Assembly: GCA_964588165.1 (NCBI GenBank) | Contig: CAZPMS010000003.1 | Span: forward strand, 10,031 to 74,030 | From: an uncultured Gammaproteobacteria bacterium | GTDB taxonomy: Bacteria; Patescibacteriota; Patescibacteriia; UBA1558; UBA10009 | Direction of reading: 5' to 3' | DNA: 64,000 nucleotides | Part shown: positions 16,727-25,624 of the stretch, in pieces | Position numbering within the stretch: position 1 is the stretch's first letter | Layout of the letters: each line of letters begins with the position of its first letter | The notes under the pieces: generated by a model | Database searches by the model: none | What the model was told of the DNA's origin: nothing | What the model saw: the letters and a program-made list of their open reading frames with translations, nothing else | Made by a program: the position numbers and the translations under genes

Positions 16727-18427
16727 ATGGCAAATAAAGTAAAAGTAGTTACCAGAAGAAAAATCTGGCTAAGTTTCTTAGCCGTTTTAGTTTTGGCCTT
16801 ATTTTGCGGCTTTGTTGTTTATCCTAACTTACCCCAATCATTCCCGGGTAAGTCTTTTTTTAGCGGATTTTATCCACATTTGGGCTTAGATTTACAAGGC
16901 GGAACCCATTTGGTTTACCAAGCTGATGTTTCTACCATAGAATCCGGTGATCAAGATTCAGCCTTAGAAGGCGTAAGGGATGTTATAGAAAGGCGGGTAA
17001 ATGCTTTTGGAGTTTCTGAACCTTTGGTCCAGACCAAATCCGGCAACCGCTTAATAGTAGAACTGGCCGGTGTCCATGATGTAAATGAAGCTATCAAGCA
17101 AATAGGTGAAACACCCTTGTTGGAATTCAAAGAATTGGATGAAACCATGCCGGAACCTTTAACTGATGAGGAAAAAGCCGAGGCTATTGAATATAATAAA
17201 GGTGTTCTGGATAAAGCTAATGAATTAATATCCAGAATTAATTTAGGTGAAGATTTTGCCACCTTAGCCACTGAATTTTCCGAAGATCCTGGAAACAAAG
17301 ATAACGGAGGTGATTTAGGCTTTGCCAAAAGGACAACTTATGTAGAAGAGTTTGATAAAGCAATTTTTGAAGATTTACGCATAGGCCAAACCACCAGCCA
17401 GCCGGTTAAAACCCAGTTTGGCTATCATATAATTAAAAAGGAAGAAGAAAGGGGAGAGGCTGAAAATTTAGAAGTTAGGGCCAGGCATATTTTACTCACC
17501 ACTAAAAATGAGTTTACCAAAGAAGCTCCTCCGGCTGATTGGAAAAATACCCAGCTTTCCGGAAAAAACCTGCAAAAAGCCCAAGTGGAATTTGATCCAA
17601 ATACCGGCCAGCCAAATGTTGCTTTAGATTTTGATAGTGAGGGACAAAACCTGTTTGCCGAGTTAACCAAAAGAAACCTGCAAAAGCCAATCGCCATATT
17701 TTTGGACGGCAGTGCCATTTCTGTGCCAACAGTACAAGAAGAAATTTCACAAGGCAGGGCTATAATCTCCGGCAATTTTAATATAAATGAAGCCAAGCTT
17801 TTAGTGCAAAGGCTTAACGCCGGTGCCTTGCCGGTTCCTATAGATCTTATCAGCCAGCAAACTGTCGGGCCAACTTTAGGCAAAATTTCTTTACAAAAAA
17901 GTTTAATGGCCGGTTTAATCGGCCTGATTGCCGTTATCTTTTTTATGCTTTTCTATTACCGCTTATTGGGTTTGTTTGCTGTTTTAGCTTTACTAATCTA
18001 CGGCTTAGTTACTTTGGCCATATTTGAGGCGTGGCCCGTAACTTTAACCCTTTCGGGAATTGCCGGTTTTATTCTTTCCATAGGTATGGCTGTTGATGCC
18101 AATGTTTTAATATTTGAAAGAACCAAGGAAGAATTAAAAAACGGCAAACCGCTGGGAACTTCTATAGAAGAAGGGTTTGCCAGGGCTTGGCCTTCTATAA
18201 GGGATTCTAATATTTCCAGCATAATAACCTGTTTAATTTTATTCTGGTTTGGTTCCAGCATTATAAAAGGATTTGCCATAACGCTGGGCGTTGGTATTAT
18301 TATTTCCATGTTTTCCGCCATTACCGTAACCAGGACATTCTTGAGGTTAACCTCTGGCAATTTCTTCTCCAAACACCTTGCTTTATTTGGCATTAAAACA
18401 AAACCAACAGATAAATTTCCTACCTAA
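16727..18427 (+). CDS. secD: Protein-export membrane protein SecD with an embedded parvulin/PpiC-type PPIase-like domain in the periplasmic head
   Basis: SecD TM1, P1 head and C-terminal 6-TM bundle. Residues roughly 150-260 carry GGDLGF..FDKAIF...TQFGYHIIK and ARHILL, the parvulin rotamase signature. The Met at 16727 is preferred over 16685. Confidence 0.85.
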   Translation: MANKVKVVTRRKIWLSFLAVLVLALFCGFVVYPNLPQSFPGKSFFSGFYPHLGLDLQGGTHLVYQADVSTIESGDQDSALEGVRDVIERRVNAFGVSEPLVQTKSGNRLIVELAGVHDVNEAIKQIGETPLLEFKELDETMPEPLTDEEKAEAIEYNKGVLDKANELISRINLGEDFATLATEFSEDPGNKDNGGDLGFAKRTTYVEEFDKAIFEDLRIGQTTSQPVKTQFGYHIIKKEEERGEAENLEVRARHILLTTKNEFTKEAPPADWKNTQLSGKNLQKAQVEFDPNTGQPNVALDFDSEGQNLFAELTKRNLQKPIAIFLDGSAISVPTVQEEISQGRAIISGNFNINEAKLLVQRLNAGALPVPIDLISQQTVGPTLGKISLQKSLMAGLIGLIAVIFFMLFYYRLLGLFAVLALLIYGLVTLAIFEAWPVTLTLSGIAGFILSIGMAVDANVLIFERTKEELKNGKPLGTSIEEGFARAWPSIRDSNISSIITCLILFWFGSSIIKGFAITLGVGIIISMFSAITVTRTFLRLTSGNFFSKHLALFGIKTKPTDKFPT

Positions 18428-18433
18428 CCTCCT

Positions 18434-19501
18434 ATGTTCAAAATAATTCAAAAAAGAAAAATTTGGTTCTCATTCTCCGGTCTTTTAGTATTATTAAGTA
18501 TTTTAGCTTTAATTTTTTGGGGACTTAATTTAGGCATAGATTTTACCGGTGGTAGCCTTTTAGAACTTAAGTTTAATGCCAATAGGCCGGATAACTCCCA
18601 AATTCAAGAAGCTGTTGCCGGTTTAGAATTGCCCAATATTTATATCCAGCCGATTGACGATGACGGAATTTTAGTTAGAACTGTTTCTTTATCCGAAGAA
18701 CAACATCAAGATATTTTAAAAGCAATAGATAAAATCGGTTCTGACGAAACAACCGCTACAGAAGATAATTTACACCCAGAGGCTAAAAATTTGAGTGCTG
18801 AAAATTTCGGCATCACAGGCGAAGGACTGGAAAATCTTAAAATAGAAACTATTGGGTCCGGCGGTGAAATGATTGATTTTAATTTAATAGATGATCAGCC
18901 AACAGCTGGTAATTTTAATAGCTTCGAAGAGCTTAGATTTGATTCTATCGGGCCAATTATCGGCCAAGAGCTTAAACAAAAAGCTATCTACGCCATTATT
19001 ATTGTTTTAATTGCGATTATTTTATACATAGCTTATGCATTTAGAAAAGTTTCCCATCCTGTTGAATCTTGGAAATTCGGCTTATCCGCTATTGTTGCCT
19101 TGGCCCATGATATTATCATAATCACCGGCATCTTTGCGGTTTTAGGCCACTTTTTAAATATCCAGTTAGATTCTTATTTTGTTACCGCCCTTTTAACGGT
19201 TTTAGGTTTTTCGGTCCATGATACCATTGTAACTTTTGATAGGACCAGAGAAAATTTGCGCAGGCACCAAGATAAAACTTTTGAAGATGTAGTTAACTTA
19301 AGCGTTAATGAAACAATCGTCCGTTCCCTCAATACTTCCTTAACAACTATATTTGTTTTGCTGGCCATTATTTTATTTGGCGGTGAAACTATTAAATATT
19401 TTGTTTTAGCTTTAATGATGGGTGCCATAGTTGGAACTTACTCATCAATCTTCCTGGCAAGTCCGCTATTAATGATTTGGTATAAAATAAAAAAATATTA
19501 A
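18434..19501 (+). CDS. secF: Protein-export membrane protein SecF
   Basis: SecF TM topology and conserved C-terminal bundle. Directly follows secD. Confidence 0.9.
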   Translation: MFKIIQKRKIWFSFSGLLVLLSILALIFWGLNLGIDFTGGSLLELKFNANRPDNSQIQEAVAGLELPNIYIQPIDDDGILVRTVSLSEEQHQDILKAIDKIGSDETTATEDNLHPEAKNLSAENFGITGEGLENLKIETIGSGGEMIDFNLIDDQPTAGNFNSFEELRFDSIGPIIGQELKQKAIYAIIIVLIAIILYIAYAFRKVSHPVESWKFGLSAIVALAHDIIIITGIFAVLGHFLNIQLDSYFVTALLTVLGFSVHDTIVTFDRTRENLRRHQDKTFEDVVNLSVNETIVRSLNTSLTTIFVLLAIILFGGETIKYFVLALMMGAIVGTYSSIFLASPLLMIWYKIKKY

Positions 19502-19535
19502 AAAAAGAACCAGGGTTTATTGGACCTTGATTCTT

Positions 19536-19566
19536 ATGAGTAAACTAGGTTTTAAAACCTAGTTTT
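19536..19566 (+). terminator. secF intrinsic terminator
   Basis: aaactaggtttt/aaaacctagttt hairpin followed by a T-run. Confidence 0.6.
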
Positions 19567-20281
19567 TTTGATGTAGGAAAAAAGTAAAAATGAAGATTAT
19601 AGTTGGTTGTGAAAAAGTTGAGATAGAGAAAGATGAAGATAAAAGTATTAATGATCTTGGCAAAAACAGAAACTAAAGGATGGATATAAACGGAAAAGAT
19701 TATAGAGGATAGAATTTCATGAATTTAGATTGGTCAGGGAATTAAGGATAGGAATTTAAGAAAATGATTAATAACAGAAAAATAAGTGGCGAAAAAAGAT
19801 ATAGGCGTCAGAAAAAATAAAGAGATGATTAAAGGAAGTAATGAGAAGTGGAGTAGTGGTTTTAGAAAGTATATCAGAATTAAGGAGAAAAAAGCATTAT
19901 TAGGTAGTATAAGTAGTAAAGTAAATGGATTTCAGGGAAAAGAGGAATAAGAATGAGGTGAGGATTTTTATCTTCGGGGTATAATTTCACAACTGGCTAT
20001 TAAATTTTCAATTTACATTTTTTTGAGTCTTCTTCCAGAAAGAACTAAGGTTGGCTTTTCTATCCCGCAAAACTATGGAGGAACCATAGCGCGGCAAGGG
20101 ATATTTATTGGAGATTAAGACTAAAAATAGTCATAACCTCCACCCCCGCAGGGGACCTAGTAATTTACTTATAGAATATATTTACAAATTAATCAATACT
20201 TGACGAATATAAGCTTTTATGCTATATTTTAAATATTATAAAAAAATCAATGATTTTGAGGGGAATTAACCAATATTTTTT

Positions 20282-21367
20282 ATGGAAGAATCAATTTTAG
20301 ACAAAGTAATAGATAGCCAAAAATCAGCTGTGGTAATGGATTTCAACCCACAGCAAATTTTAAATTCCTTATTTAAACCATTAAACCAAAGGGAGGTTGA
20401 TGTTTTAACTTTAAGGCATGGCCTGGAAGACAATAAAAAAAAGACTTTAGAAGAAATAGGCAACAAATTTAATGTTACTAGAGAAAGAATCAGGCAAATA
20501 GAAAATACCGCCTTAAAAAAAGTTAGAAATAACGAAAACTTAGATGAACTTCTTAGGCCTGTTGAAGTAATTATAAACCAAACCCTAGAGGAGCATGGAG
20601 GAATTATGCAAGAAGATTCTTTAGTTAAAAAAGTTCTCTTGATTCCGGGTGAAAGCAAAGCGAGCTTCTCCTCCACCAAATTTATCCTTTCCCAACTTTT
20701 AAGCGAAAAATTACACTTTATTTGTACTGATGATAATCTTCATAATTGCTGGAAATTGCCAACTACTTCCATAGAAGAAATACAATCTATTATAAATAAA
20801 CTTATTGGCCAAATTGAAAAAGAAAATCAGCCTTTAGCAACCCAAAACATTATCCAACATTTGGAAGAAGATATGGAGGAGCATGTAGCTGAATCACTTT
20901 TAGAAATTAGCAAAAATGTTTCTACCAATCCTTTTAACGAATGGGGGATGGTTAACTGGAATTCCATTTCTTTAAAAAGAATGAGCGATAAAATTTTCTT
21001 AATTCTAAAAAAAGAAGCCAAGCCGCTTCATTTTACCGATATCGCAAAAAAGATTAACCAAGCCGGCTTTGACCATAAAAAAGCCAACCCTGCTACAATC
21101 CATAACGAACTTATTTTGGATAAAAAATATATTTTAATTGGCAGGGGAATTTATGCTCTAGAAGAATGGGGTTACAAACCAGGCGTTGTTGCCGAAGTAA
21201 TTTCGGAAGTTTTAAAAGAAGCCGGCATTCCTCTTTCTAGGGAAGAAATTATAGAAAAGGTTTTAGAAAAAAGAATGGTAAAAAGAAGTACCATTATTTT
21301 GGCGCTTATGAACAAAGATAAGTTTGCAAAAAATGAATCTGGTGAATATTTAATTGCTTCAAATTAA
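20282..21367 (+). CDS. Sigma-70 region-4-type HTH domain protein with a roughly 270-aa C-terminal region of unknown function
   Basis: N-terminal LTLRHGL...KTLEEIGNKFNVTRERIRQIENTALKKVR, the sigma region 4.2 consensus. A TTGACG-17-TATATT promoter lies at about 20199-20227. Confidence 0.55.
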   Translation: MEESILDKVIDSQKSAVVMDFNPQQILNSLFKPLNQREVDVLTLRHGLEDNKKKTLEEIGNKFNVTRERIRQIENTALKKVRNNENLDELLRPVEVIINQTLEEHGGIMQEDSLVKKVLLIPGESKASFSSTKFILSQLLSEKLHFICTDDNLHNCWKLPTTSIEEIQSIINKLIGQIEKENQPLATQNIIQHLEEDMEEHVAESLLEISKNVSTNPFNEWGMVNWNSISLKRMSDKIFLILKKEAKPLHFTDIAKKINQAGFDHKKANPATIHNELILDKKYILIGRGIYALEEWGYKPGVVAEVISEVLKEAGIPLSREEIIEKVLEKRMVKRSTIILALMNKDKFAKNESGEYLIASN

Positions 21368-21412
21368 ACTTTAAATTTTTATTGGCTATATTTGGCCTAA
21401 ACAAAAACAAAA

Positions 21413-22951
21413 ATGGATATTACTATCGATTTAAGCAGATTTTTTGAACTGATTAATGAAGAGCCAGCTAGCCTTTTATGGTTTTTATTTACCCATGGCG
21501 GTTGGCTTGTTTTAATTATCGTAATTTTATCAATCTTCCTTTATCTTCGTTTATATAACCAGCAAAAAAAATATCTAGAGTCTGTAGAACAAACAATCTT
21601 GGCCATAGATATCCCTAAAGATAATGAACAAAGTTTAGTGGCAGCAGAACAAATATTCGCCAGCCTAGCCGGTATAAAACGCAGCGGCACTTTGGTTGAT
21701 AAATACTGGCACGGCAAAACACAGCTTTCTTTTAGTTTGGAAATTATTTCCCTGGAAGGCTATATTCAATTCTTAATCAGAACCCCTGTCCGATTTAAAG
21801 ATTTGGTAGAAGCTGCTATTTATGCCCAATATCCGGAAGCCGAAATTACCGAAGTAGAGGACTATGTTAAATCTATCCCGGATGATGTACATGAATTGGA
21901 TTCAGATTATAAACTTTGGGGTACAGAATTTAGATTGGATAAATTCAGCGCCTATCCTATAAAAACCTACCGAAGTTTTGAACATCCTTTAACTCAAACT
22001 TTTATAGACCCAATGGCTTCTATGCTGGAAGTAATGAGCAAGCTTGGCCCCGGTGAACAACTGGGCCTCCAGTTTGTAATTGCACCGGTAAATAATAAAT
22101 GGAAAGAAAGAGGCTACCAGCTTATAAAAAAATTAATTGGTGAAAAAGTTGATGCTAACAAAAATTTAGGAGATAAATTAGTAGAGTCTTCTGTAGAAGG
22201 TTTGGGAAAATTCAGCGAATCAATTTATAAAATTTGGGGCGATATTGAAGAAAAAAGAGATGATGATTCTGCGCATCCTAATTTATACCAATATTTAACT
22301 CAAAATCAAAAATTTGTGGTAGAAGCCATAGAAAACAAGCTCTCCAAAATTTCTTTTGCTACAACCTTTAGGGTTTATTATTTAGCCAACACTCAGCGCT
22401 ACCAAAGAGGCAAAGGTGTTAACCCAATAATTGGAGCCATTAACCAATTTAATTCATCCGATTTAAACTCATTCAAAAAAAATAAGAGGTTCACAACCGA
22501 TGCCCACTATTTTTTTGTGGATAAAAGAATTTCTAGAGTTCAAAAAAAACTGTTAAAATTATATAAGAAAAGATCCAGGAAAGGAACTTATGAATTTTAT
22601 TTAGGCACCGAAGAGCTGGCTACCTTATATCATTTCCCTATTATAACTGTTAAAGCTCCTTTACTAAAAAGAACGGAATCTAAAAAAGCAGAAGCTCCAA
22701 CTGCATTGCCTTTGGAGCAGCAAAGAGCCAGCGAGCTTTTTAACCCGCCCACTGAAGATATTTTACCCGCAGATGATGAAGAAAAGTTAGGGGAGCCGGA
22801 CCATAAAATTACCGAATCTTTGCCAGGCTATGATTTTGATAATGACTATTTTGAAGAAAAATTTAAAAAAGACGATTCTACAATAAAAACTCCCAGCCAG
22901 GAATTATCAAAAAAGGAGGACCCTCCCTCAAATTTACCAATTAGCCACTAA
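21413..22951 (+). CDS. Hypothetical membrane-anchored protein (N-terminal TM, large soluble domain, acidic C-terminal tail)
   Basis: 512 aa with a single N-terminal TM (WLVLIIVILSIFLYL). Tightly coupled (8-nt gap) to the downstream ATPase. Confidence 0.5.
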   Translation: MDITIDLSRFFELINEEPASLLWFLFTHGGWLVLIIVILSIFLYLRLYNQQKKYLESVEQTILAIDIPKDNEQSLVAAEQIFASLAGIKRSGTLVDKYWHGKTQLSFSLEIISLEGYIQFLIRTPVRFKDLVEAAIYAQYPEAEITEVEDYVKSIPDDVHELDSDYKLWGTEFRLDKFSAYPIKTYRSFEHPLTQTFIDPMASMLEVMSKLGPGEQLGLQFVIAPVNNKWKERGYQLIKKLIGEKVDANKNLGDKLVESSVEGLGKFSESIYKIWGDIEEKRDDDSAHPNLYQYLTQNQKFVVEAIENKLSKISFATTFRVYYLANTQRYQRGKGVNPIIGAINQFNSSDLNSFKKNKRFTTDAHYFFVDKRISRVQKKLLKLYKKRSRKGTYEFYLGTEELATLYHFPIITVKAPLLKRTESKKAEAPTALPLEQQRASELFNPPTEDILPADDEEKLGEPDHKITESLPGYDFDNDYFEEKFKKDDSTIKTPSQELSKKEDPPSNLPISH

Positions 22952-22959
22952 TTAAAATA

Positions 22960-24555
22960 ATGAAAAATGAAATAACAACTTTTGCCAAAACTAACTTCCG
23001 CAATCAGGAAACGAAATTTGGGATAAAAACCGACGACAGGCGTCGGCATATGTATTTGTTAGGCAAAACAGGCATGGGTAAATCAGTTACCTTGGAGAAT
23101 ATGATTATCCAAGATATTAAAAACGGCAAAGGCGTAGCTGTAGTAGATCCCCATGGAGAGCTGGCAGAAAAGGTTATAAAATTTATTCCCAAAGATAGGA
23201 TAAATGATGTTGTTTATATTAACCCGGCGGACTTGGATTTTCCGGTTGCTTTTAATGTTTTAGAACAAGTGGCGCCGGAGCACCGGCATTTGGTTGCCTC
23301 TGGCTTGCTCGGGGTATTTAAGAAAATTTGGGCAGATTCTTGGGGACCTAGATTAGAATATGTTTTAAATAATGCCATTATGGCCCTTTTGGAATACCCA
23401 GGAAGTACGCTTTTAGGAATTATGCGGATGTTAACTGATAAAGTTTTTAGGAAAAAAGTGGTTAACAAAATCAGCGATCCTGTGGTTAAAGCCTTTTGGG
23501 TGGATGAATATTCAAAATATCCAGATAGGTTCCAAGCCGAAGCAATAGCCCCTATCCAAAATAAAGTTGGCAGATTTTTATCCTCTTCTATGATGAGAAA
23601 TATCGTTGGCCAAGTAAAATCTTCTATTGATTTAAGAAAGGTAATGGACGAAAAGAAAATCTTGCTTTTAAACCTTTCTAAAGGCAGAATTGGTGAAGAT
23701 AACTCCGCTCTTTTAGGAGCGATGATTATTACCAAAATTCAGCTGGCAGCCATGAGTAGGGTAGAGATGTCTGAAGATAAACGGGAAGACTTCTACCTTT
23801 ACGTTGATGAATTCCAAAATTTTTCAACCGAAAGTTTCGCTAATATTTTATCTGAAGCAAGAAAATATAGGTTGAATATTATAATGGCGCACCAATATAT
23901 TGAACAGCTAAAAGATGAAACCAGAGCAGCTGTATTTGGCAATGTTGGCACTATTATCTCATTTAGGATTGGGGCAGAAGATGCAGAATTTTTAGCTAAA
24001 GAATTTAACCCCAGATTTGATGAAATTGATCTGGTTAACTTAAGCAAATACCATATTTATTTAAAGCTGATGATAGATGGAGTTTCATCTGAACCTTTTT
24101 CTGCAACTACTTTGCCGCCTGCTACAGAACCGGAAGAATGGGAAGAAAATTTAAAAAAAATAGTTGATGTTTCCAGGGAGAGATATTCTACCAAAAGGCC
24201 TGTTATAGAAGAAAAAATTTCCCGTTGGGCAAACTTGGAAACTGATTCTACCGATGATTCTCCCGATAAAGGCACCAGTAAAAATTACCGTGGCAGCAAT
24301 CCAAGATCAAATAATGATCAAGATCAGCCCAGGGTAGTGGCTACTTGCGATAATTGTGGCAATAAAACCATTTTAAATTTTGAACCTGATTTAAATAAGC
24401 CCATCTACTGCAAGGACTGCTTAAAGAAAAAATATAAAACTCCGGCCAAAAAAGAAGGCCTTGGTGAAAAAACCCAAAAACAAGAATCTATTTCACTTAA
24501 AAATGCTATGGACCAAAAGGTCCAGGATTTTAAAGGCGGCAGGAATAAAAATTAG
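22960..24555 (+). CDS. VirD4/TraG/TrwB-like type IV coupling-protein-family ATPase, soluble, with a C-terminal zinc ribbon
   Basis: Walker A LGKTGMGKS. VDPHGE and DVVYINPAD...FNVLEQ blocks. A DEFQNF...EARKYRLNIIMAHQYIEQL C-terminal AAD-like block. C-terminal CDNCGN...CKDC. No TM segment. Confidence 0.55.
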   Translation: MKNEITTFAKTNFRNQETKFGIKTDDRRRHMYLLGKTGMGKSVTLENMIIQDIKNGKGVAVVDPHGELAEKVIKFIPKDRINDVVYINPADLDFPVAFNVLEQVAPEHRHLVASGLLGVFKKIWADSWGPRLEYVLNNAIMALLEYPGSTLLGIMRMLTDKVFRKKVVNKISDPVVKAFWVDEYSKYPDRFQAEAIAPIQNKVGRFLSSSMMRNIVGQVKSSIDLRKVMDEKKILLLNLSKGRIGEDNSALLGAMIITKIQLAAMSRVEMSEDKREDFYLYVDEFQNFSTESFANILSEARKYRLNIIMAHQYIEQLKDETRAAVFGNVGTIISFRIGAEDAEFLAKEFNPRFDEIDLVNLSKYHIYLKLMIDGVSSEPFSATTLPPATEPEEWEENLKKIVDVSRERYSTKRPVIEEKISRWANLETDSTDDSPDKGTSKNYRGSNPRSNNDQDQPRVVATCDNCGNKTILNFEPDLNKPIYCKDCLKKKYKTPAKKEGLGEKTQKQESISLKNAMDQKVQDFKGGRNKN

Positions 24556-24590
24556 TTTATATTACCGGCAAAATATGTTATAATTTTGCC

Positions 24591-25535
24591 ATGGAAAACC
24601 CGAAAACAACCGCAAAAAAAATTAAAGAGCTTAATATACAAGGAGCCCGAGCTATTGCCGTGGCTTCTTTATTATCGCTAAAAACATCAAGACGCGAAGG
24701 CGCTGAGTCGCAAAAGCGCAAAAGCGCAAAAGCTCAAAAACAATTTATTACCTCAATCAAAAAGGATGTTAATTTGCTAATTGATGCACGGCCCACCGAA
24801 CCTTTAGTCCAAAATACTCTTAATTTTGTTTTAACCCAAGTTAAACTTTATAAAAAATCAGATGTTAAAGGTTTAATTAATGTTGTTAAAGACACGGTTG
24901 ATTATCTGCTGGATGTTCTAAAAAATGCCCGCCTGGAAATTATCAAAACAGGGGAGAAGCTGATTAAATCTAAGCAAAACGTTTTTACCCATTGCCATTC
25001 ATCTACAGTTGAAGCAATTTTGATTAATGCCTGGAAAAATAATAAAAAATTTAAAGTTTTTAATACCGAAACCAGGCCACTGTTCCAAGGCAGATTAACG
25101 GCTAAGGCCTTAAGAAAACAAAATATTCCGGTTACTATGGTAGCAGATAGTGCTGCTTCGTTTTTAATTTCAGAAACTTCCGGCAAACAATTAATGATGG
25201 ATAAAATTTTACTGGGAGCAGACGCTGTTTTACCAGATGGATCTGTGATAAATAAAATTGGCAGTTTTGGCATTGCCCAAAGCGCCCATTTAAATAAAGT
25301 TCCGCTTTATGTGGTAACCAACTTGCTTAAATATGATACTGACGGCATTATTCCGATTGAGATACGAGCCGAAGAAGAAGTCTGGAAAAACAAACCTAAA
25401 GGTTTAAAAATTATTAACTTTGCTTTTGATACTATTCCAGCAAAATATATAACAGGTATTATTTGTGAATTCGGCGTTATAAAACCTTCTAAAATAAAAA
25501 CATTAATAAAAACTAACTATCCTTGGTTAAAGTAG
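24591..25535 (+). CDS. Ribose-1,5-bisphosphate isomerase (e2b2 / eIF-2B alpha-beta-delta-like family)
   Basis: eIF-2B-like fold signature GADAVLPDGSVINKIGSFGIA. Directly upstream of the RuBisCO gene. Confidence 0.7.
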   Translation: MENPKTTAKKIKELNIQGARAIAVASLLSLKTSRREGAESQKRKSAKAQKQFITSIKKDVNLLIDARPTEPLVQNTLNFVLTQVKLYKKSDVKGLINVVKDTVDYLLDVLKNARLEIIKTGEKLIKSKQNVFTHCHSSTVEAILINAWKNNKKFKVFNTETRPLFQGRLTAKALRKQNIPVTMVADSAASFLISETSGKQLMMDKILLGADAVLPDGSVINKIGSFGIAQSAHLNKVPLYVVTNLLKYDTDGIIPIEIRAEEEVWKNKPKGLKIINFAFDTIPAKYITGIICEFGVIKPSKIKTLIKTNYPWLK

Positions 25536-25624
25536 CCACTACGAATTACTAATCAATACGAATATACCAATAATTTGTAATTCGTATATTTGTACAAATT
25601 CGTAATTAGTAGTAATTAAAACAT
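25536..25624. repeat. Palindromic TACGAAT/ATTCGTA intergenic element, copy A (between the R15P isomerase and rbcL)
   Basis: actacgaattactaat..tacgaatata...ttcgtatatt...attcgtaattagtagt, nested inverted repeats. Confidence 0.6.
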
